Source: Amoeboradix gromovi X-113
Lineage: Eukaryota > Fungi > Sanchytriomycota
Direction: 5' to 3'
DNA: 10,221 nucleotides
Assembly (NCBI GenBank): GCA_018985225.1
Contig: JADGIF010000355.1
Coordinates: forward strand, 1-10,221
Position 1 is the stretch's first letter. Each line of letters begins with the position of its first letter. Of this stretch, positions 1-5,217 are shown in pieces. The notes under the pieces are model-generated. The model ran no database searches. It was not told the origin of the DNA and saw only the letters and a program-made list of their open reading frames with translations. The position numbers and the translations under genes were made by a program.

Positions 1-403
1 CACAACCATTGCAGACCGTCTGCCTTGAGATGCTGCGCTCAATGCTTTCTTTAAATGTGGATAGCCGAAAGCCTGATGATGTCTATTAGCGTTGTAGTTT
101 CTAGAAAGCTGTATTTGAGAATCACATAACTATTCTTGCCATGAAAGCGGATTGTTTATTAACTTTTTTGTGGTGCCTTTACGAATCTTCTTTTGGAGTG
201 ATGCATCAGTAACTTCTCGCTGCGAAACTTGATTTTTGTTGCTCTTTAAAGCTTTTTACAACATTTGATCTCACGTGGATATGGGATCGGCTTGAGCTGG
301 GTGCTGTTCAGAGTATGTTTTTCAAGTTTTATAAGTATGTCTCCTTCGATATTGGAATTGTAAAAGCAGCAAAGCCACTCAATCATATAAAAGTATTAAA
401 ATT

Positions 404-1537
404 ATGAGTTCTTTAAAAACTGGTGTATCTAGTGAAGATCCAACAGTTTATAGAGTTAAAAGGTTCTTAAAAACCTGGGAAACATCATATGTAGCGGAAA
501 ATCATAAAGAACCTAGCAAGCAAGATATTCCAGATGATATAAAAATTTTATACAAAGTCTATAAAAGAATTAAAGAGGAGAAAATCAACGATGTAATTAG
601 AAAAAAGGTAGATGATCTTTTACTTGATTTGAATGAGGTATATAACATTAGTGAGACAATAAAAAATGAAAAAAATAAGGACGAGAGAAGTAACAGCATT
701 ATAAGTACCGTCAGATTTAGCCCCGTTAAGGAAAGGCGTAAACCCCTTGGCCCTGTACTGACTCGTGCAGATTCTACCCCGGAGGAAATAGATGCGAATA
801 TTGCAGTGCGTAGCGAAAAGAACTCTGATGCTCTGATAAACGAAGTGGTTGATGGTATAATGGTTCAAATTAAATCTGATGTTCCGGTTGTGATTTTGCC
901 CAAAATCCAAGCTGAAGCCATTTCTGATGGTGCACAAGACACAAGCATTCAACATGCTGCAGAACTGAATCTCGAGAACGCCGTGATGTCTAAGCGAGTA
1001 CCTATGAACACAGTGCTGCAATGCAGAGTCGTCCGTAGTCGTAAAATACTTCCAATTTATTCCATAAAAAATGAGTGCGATGGGAGAGAGTTATGCAGAG
1101 TTAAAAAAGTAGTTAAGGGCTACAAAATATTTACAATCAAAGACGGAGAAGAGCATTTCGAATACTTTATAGAGCAAGCTAAAGAAACATATACTGCGAA
1201 AGACATGGATGGTAAATCAATGTTAACAGTAGTCTTAGAAAGTAGCGTACCTAGGAGTGTGTCAATATCCATATATGAATCTGGTAATCTAAGAAAATAT
1301 GCAAACAGACAACCAAAATGGAACAAGGAAAGTGAAACTTATACTTTGAACTTTGAAGGAAGAGTAACCGAGCCCTCGGTCAAGAATTTTGTTTTTGCAG
1401 ACGAAAACAATAAAAACGTGCTGCTTTTTGGAAGAACTGGCAAAAGTGATTTTGTTATGGATTGTAGATTTCCAATGCGACCTGATCAAGCAATATGCTC
1501 GATGATGAGTGTGTTTGACGCGGTAGATAACCAGTAA
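404..1537 (+). CDS. Tubby-like protein: C-terminal Tub domain plus an N-terminal Sld2/RecQ4-N-like helical module
   Basis: The C-terminus matches Tub-domain motifs: LQCRVVR, VPRSVSI, NRQPKWNKESETYTLNFEGRVTEPSVKNF (cf. NKxPxWNxxxxxYxLNFxGRVTxASVKNF) and LLFGRTGKSDFVMDCRFPMRPDQA...SVFD. Intronless 377-aa ORF. Confidence 0.9.
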   Translation: MSSLKTGVSSEDPTVYRVKRFLKTWETSYVAENHKEPSKQDIPDDIKILYKVYKRIKEEKINDVIRKKVDDLLLDLNEVYNISETIKNEKNKDERSNSIISTVRFSPVKERRKPLGPVLTRADSTPEEIDANIAVRSEKNSDALINEVVDGIMVQIKSDVPVVILPKIQAEAISDGAQDTSIQHAAELNLENAVMSKRVPMNTVLQCRVVRSRKILPIYSIKNECDGRELCRVKKVVKGYKIFTIKDGEEHFEYFIEQAKETYTAKDMDGKSMLTVVLESSVPRSVSISIYESGNLRKYANRQPKWNKESETYTLNFEGRVTEPSVKNFVFADENNKNVLLFGRTGKSDFVMDCRFPMRPDQAICSMMSVFDAVDNQ

Positions 1538-1564
1538 ATAATTCTATAGATCTCGTTTATTTAA

Positions 1565-1807
1565 TTATTTCTTGATACGTTTTATGCCTAGTTCGAGTTC
1601 AACAGCCATTGCGGTTGTCAGGTGTTGTGAAATCAGTTTTGGTATCAAGCTAGGTATTTTATCATGCGATACTGTCGCAAGCAAATATGAAATGGGGTTA
1701 TTATACAACATTTCCTCCAATAGTCTCTGTATTAAAACTTTTTTATGGATAGGGCAGCGGTGCATCAATTTGACTTCACTCTGTGCAATTAAAAATCCAA
1801 CGTCCAT
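1565..1807 (-). CDS. Small hypothetical protein (80 aa); 5' end uncertain
   Basis: ATG-initiated ORF with plausible helical composition. Its stop is followed by AATAAA (minus strand, 1556-1561) like the recognisable genes here. Converges on the Tubby gene with a 27-bp gap. No family recognised. Confidence 0.5.
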   Translation of the reverse strand: MDVGFLIAQSEVKLMHRCPIHKKVLIQRLLEEMLYNNPISYLLATVSHDKIPSLIPKLISQHLTTAMAVELELGIKRIKK

Positions 1808-2021
1808 AGCTATACTTCTACTTGGGCCTCAAGGCTATTCATACTAAAACGGAGATTTTAGCTTATTTTCATAGGTGCAATTTGAGTTTTAGATGATGTG
1901 GATCCAGTCACATGTAAAAAGCAACCATTCACTATATCTTCTGATGTTAAAAAACCAGTTTTTATGTTATGTAACCTCACAAATATAAGATTGAAAGTTT
2001 GAAACGTCCCCACAAAACAGA

Positions 2022-2639
2022 ATGCAAGCAATAAAGCAAATAAGACAGTTAAGACCGTCGGTAGGATTATCTCACATCAAGAAGATTTTAGACATGCATG
2101 GAAATGACATAGATGAAGCTTTAAACTACTTGGATCAAAATGCCATAAAGTTTGGAAAGGATCTCTTTGCCTCAAAGCTGCACAGTAGACAAGCGAAGTA
2201 TAAGACAATTAGTATGACAAGTAATTTGAAAAGTTTTGCTGTATTTTCGAATTGTTGCGAGACCGACTTTGTTGCAAACACTAAAGGATTTCGAGACATG
2301 AGTAAAGACATTGGCGCACTCTTGCTTAATAATAAGCCATATAATGATACACTTTACAAAGCTATGGGTGAGTTTAAAGAGCTTATAAAAATTGAAAAAT
2401 TAGTTGAAAAGAACCTAAATGACTCAGAATATCTGCAAAGTTACCAACATGACAATCAGCAGTTATGTGTAACAATAACTTCTAGTAAAGTGCAAGATGT
2501 TCTGCCAAAGTCAATATTTGCACATAGTGTCGAAGGGAACATTTTGGGCTCAGATCAATCTATAAAGTCTTATTTAGAAAGCGCCAACATCAAATTAATT
2601 TACAACAAAGTATTCAACATGAAAGAAATTAATAAATAA
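2022..2639 (+). CDS. TSFM: Mitochondrial translation elongation factor Ts (short, divergent)
   Basis: N-terminal UBA-like EF-Ts helices (AIKQIRQLRPSVGLSHIKKILDMHGNDIDEALNYL) and the EF-Ts signature CETDFVA (cf. ELNCETDFVA). The C-terminal half is divergent and short. Confidence 0.85.
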   Translation: MQAIKQIRQLRPSVGLSHIKKILDMHGNDIDEALNYLDQNAIKFGKDLFASKLHSRQAKYKTISMTSNLKSFAVFSNCCETDFVANTKGFRDMSKDIGALLLNNKPYNDTLYKAMGEFKELIKIEKLVEKNLNDSEYLQSYQHDNQQLCVTITSSKVQDVLPKSIFAHSVEGNILGSDQSIKSYLESANIKLIYNKVFNMKEINK

Positions 2640-2834
2640 CAATGAATTTTATTTTTACTTGCACACCGTTCAAATCCTCATTCTCGTCACGGGCCTTGAT
2701 TTGAATATGGCGCCATTCGTAATCAGATCTTAAAATGCATGTGGCAACAGTATTTCAATATTTTAATCTATATTATGTGTGAAAGTCCATATTTTGCTGT
2801 GTTCCTGTAAAATCTGCGGTTCCTCTCAATACTT

Positions 2835-2845
2835 TCTGATTGGAT
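2835..2845 (-). promoter_or_regulatory. CCAAT box (ATCCAATCAGA) upstream of the MAPK
   Basis: TCTGATTGGAT lies about 65 bp upstream of ATG 2911. An identical 11-mer occurs at 6862-6872. It fits the HAP/NF-Y CCAATCA consensus. Confidence 0.45.
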
Positions 2846-2910
2846 TCAAAGTGACGCAATTTCATTGTTCGTCGCACGGGTCAACCCTCTTAAAGCAGTC
2901 CGTCTCTCTT

Positions 2911-4005
2911 ATGGTAATGGTAAGCGAATGCGGAACTGGAAGTAACATTCAAACTCTAAAAGATGTTAAAAAGAGTTACGACTTTGATGTTGGTCAAGAT
3001 TATTTATGTCATCAAATCATTGGCAATGGTGCATATGGTTCGGTATGCTCTGCAACACATAAAAGTGGAATTAAAGTAGCAATAAAGAAAGTGTCGCCAT
3101 TCCAACACCAGCTGTTCATGGTAAGAACAATACGTGAAATTAGAATATTAAAGCATTTTTGTCATGAGAACATTGTTCAGATCTTGAGTACAATTCAACC
3201 CCAAAAAGAGAACTTTAAGGATATCTATTTAGTTGAGGAATTGATGGAAACAGACCTTTATCGGGTCCTGAGAACTCAGAAATTGAGTGACGAGCACTGC
3301 CAATATCTCTTGTACCAGTTGCTTCGCGGTCTTAAATGCATTCACAGTGCTAATATTTTGCATCGTGACTTGAAGCCCAGCAACCTCTTGATTAACAGCA
3401 ACTGCGAATTAAAAATTTGTGATTTTGGTTTAGCTCGGCTGCAAACTGATTGTGACAAGGAATCTCAAATGACTGAGTATGTTGCTACCAGATGGTACAG
3501 AGCGCCTGAAATCATGTTAAGTTTAAAGCAATACAGCAAAGCAATTGACATTTGGAGTGTCGGTTGCATTTTGGCTGAAATGCTGAACAATCGTCCTTTA
3601 TATCCAGGCAAAGACTATCACCACCAACTGCTGTTAATATTAGATGTAGTTGGTACCCCAACTCATGAAGACTTTGAATCTATCCAATCTAAGCGAGCAA
3701 GGGATTATGTAGCGTCTTTGCCGTTCAAACCAAGAAAACCTTTGGAAGACATGTTTCCTGGTGCTTCAGATTTAGCTATTGACATGTTGAAGCAGTTGAT
3801 GATTTTCCATCCAGGTAAAAGAATTACTGTCGAGGAGGCATTAAGGCACCCATACTTGAAAAATTACCATGACGAGAACGATGAACCGATAGCACCTTTG
3901 ATGAGCGATGTTTTTGACGTGGATAGATTTAAAGATGAATTAACCCCGCAACAATTAAGTGATTTACTATATCAAGAGGTTGTTAGCTATCCCTCAAGAA
4001 TGTAG
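2911..4005 (+). CDS. MAP kinase of the Fus3/Kss1/Pmk1 (ERK-type, TEY) family
   Basis: Motifs GNGAYGSVCSA, VAIKK, HRDLKPSNLL, DFGLAR, activation loop MTEYVATRWYRAPE, fungal-type PGKDYHHQL and the CD domain YHDENDEP. The start is the first in-frame ATG (2911, or 2917), not the GTG at 2779 used by the ORF track. Confidence 0.96.
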   Translation: MVMVSECGTGSNIQTLKDVKKSYDFDVGQDYLCHQIIGNGAYGSVCSATHKSGIKVAIKKVSPFQHQLFMVRTIREIRILKHFCHENIVQILSTIQPQKENFKDIYLVEELMETDLYRVLRTQKLSDEHCQYLLYQLLRGLKCIHSANILHRDLKPSNLLINSNCELKICDFGLARLQTDCDKESQMTEYVATRWYRAPEIMLSLKQYSKAIDIWSVGCILAEMLNNRPLYPGKDYHHQLLLILDVVGTPTHEDFESIQSKRARDYVASLPFKPRKPLEDMFPGASDLAIDMLKQLMIFHPGKRITVEEALRHPYLKNYHDENDEPIAPLMSDVFDVDRFKDELTPQQLSDLLYQEVVSYPSRM

Positions 4006-4042
4006 TCCATTTAACTAATAAACATTTACGATTATACGCCTC

Positions 4043-4667
4043 TAGTAGCTTTTTTGTTTCAAATTGTACAGCTTTACATTTCAACTGCTAAACATTTAAA
4101 GTTTTGTGTCTCTTTTAAGCTGAAATTAAAGAGACAATTGAGAAATCAAGTATAAAAACTAGACTAACTTTCTGAAATAGTTTGAATCATTATTTCAAGT
4201 GTGTTTTAACCGATAGTAAATTAAATTAATTTTATTGGTTGCACCTTTTGCTTAGACACTCAGAGACCTCGTCTATTTGAAAGAGATAGTAAGTCATCTT
4301 TTTTTTAAAGAGAGGAATTACATTAATAAAAGAAAATTGGTTTGAAAGAAGGACTTTTATTAATAATAGTATTTCCTCCTTATGGAGGACCTACTTTAAA
4401 GACGATTTGGTCTAGTTTTTATATTTGGTGTCCCATAAATAGCAGAACAAAGAGATAGGTGTTAATTTACAAAGGATTGTACACCATACTTCTAAGGTGC
4501 ATTGTTAAGTGACTAAGCCTTTTGGAAGTAACTATTGTTATGGATGCTACATCACTCAAGAGAAACGTCAAATCTGGATGGCTTATGCTATAATTGCAGT
4601 AATCAAGATCAGAGATATGTGAGTCCAGAAGTAGAAGATATAACCAAATAACATCTACTAAAGTTCT
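4043..4667 (+). ncRNA. Candidate large structured non-coding RNA, family unassigned; boundaries approximate
   Basis: No ORF of 60 aa or more. 23-bp helix 4145-4167/4407-4429 (20 Watson-Crick + 3 G.U). Hairpins at 4107-4136, 4173-4197, 4208-4240, 4312-4378, 4374-4389, 4458-4485 and 4630-4659. Most helix imperfections are G.U on the + strand. Confidence 0.6.
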
Positions 4668-4740
4668 ATTCTATTAAATAATGTCAACTGATTAATTGGA
4701 GAACTTCACACTAAGCGATTTGGCACTCCTTGCAAAACTC

Positions 4741-5058
4741 ATGAAAATATTTGCTTCAAAAGAATTGCAGGTGTTTGCCAGACTTTCACCGGACTATATG
4801 GTACATGCTCCCAAAATAATACCTAGAGTTAAAAACCATAAATTGAATGAAAGTGACATTGCAAAGATCAAAGAATTAAGACCAAATTACTCTGTAAAAC
4901 AATTGGCTAAGCAATTCAATTGTTCTCCGTTGGCAATAAGTATGTATGCACCAAGAAAGGACGCTGCTATAAAGTTGGAGAAAGAGAAATGGGATAGTTC
5001 CCCTATTTCTCGACAATTGACAAAAATTCGTAAATTCCAACGTAAAGCTGCGTGGTAA
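4741..5058 (+). CDS. MRPL20: Mitochondrial large-subunit ribosomal protein mL58 (fungal MRP-L20 family)
   Basis: HKLNESDIAKIKELR...YSVKQLAKQFNCSPLAISMYAP...W...RKFQRKAAW matches the MRP-L20 pattern (hLtxxdixEirxLR...LAkkFncSxxfv...RRxxW). First in-frame ATG is 4741; the track's 4696 start is TTG. Confidence 0.8.
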   Translation: MKIFASKELQVFARLSPDYMVHAPKIIPRVKNHKLNESDIAKIKELRPNYSVKQLAKQFNCSPLAISMYAPRKDAAIKLEKEKWDSSPISRQLTKIRKFQRKAAW

Positions 5059-5217
5059 ATAAATAAGATTTTGCTCATTTTTTGATTTAGTATTTTCAGA
5101 AGTTAGGCTGACATGCAATTTACGAGACTGGTTTAAAGCCTGTTAATATACTATAAATTTATTTTAAGTTTGCAGTCTTAAATCGCTCTATTGAACTCTA
5201 ATTTACCTATTTATTAA

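Noticed and set aside
3-404. Plus-strand frame 3 nearly open (stops only at 87, 102 and 210); start reads LEMLRSMLSLNVDSR, vaguely like a kinase C-lobe
   Set aside because: No recognisable protein, needs unsupported introns, and is codon-aligned with the minus-strand candidate, so it may be a shadow frame.
620-1489. Minus-strand ORFs 620-1021, 1120-1326 and 1289-1489
   Set aside because: Antisense shadows of the well-supported Tubby gene, with no motifs.
1572-1847. Plus-strand 91-aa ORF
   Set aside because: Non-ATG start and antisense to the better-supported minus ORF that ends with AATAAA.
1858-1980. Minus-strand frame IKTGFLTSEDIVNGCFLHVTGSTSSKTQIA, faintly like a RecA/Rad51-paralogue Walker A region
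   Set aside because: No ATG upstream of the motif, lacks the GK of the P-loop, stops after a few more codons, and no plausible short intron links it to the 1565-1807 ORF.
2668-2677. B-box/T-loop-like GTTCAAATCC
   Set aside because: Flanks do not form a T-stem or cloverleaf; not a tRNA.
2779-2910. GTG-initiated N-terminal extension of the MAPK in the ORF track
   Set aside because: Eukaryotic gene; the segment has no kinase homology and contains promoter-like CCAAT/CRE motifs. ATG 2911 or 2917 preferred.
4161-4196. AGACTAACTTTC...GAATCATT, similar to U3 snoRNA box A'/A
   Set aside because: Spacing is wrong, boxes B, C and D are not found, and the segment is part of the long helix.
4145-4429. 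MITE bounded by a 23-bp terminal inverted repeat
   Set aside because: No evident target-site duplication, mismatches are all G.U on one strand, and pairings extend outside the repeat. Not fully excluded without a copy-number search.
4517-4615. GCCTTTTGG and AAGATCA (U2-like) and CAGAGA (U6-like) fragments
   Set aside because: Not contiguous; no GTAGTA branch-pairing sequence or U6 ISL context.
4876-5118. Minus-strand ORFs 4876-5118 and 4887-5078
   Set aside because: Antisense to the mL58 gene.
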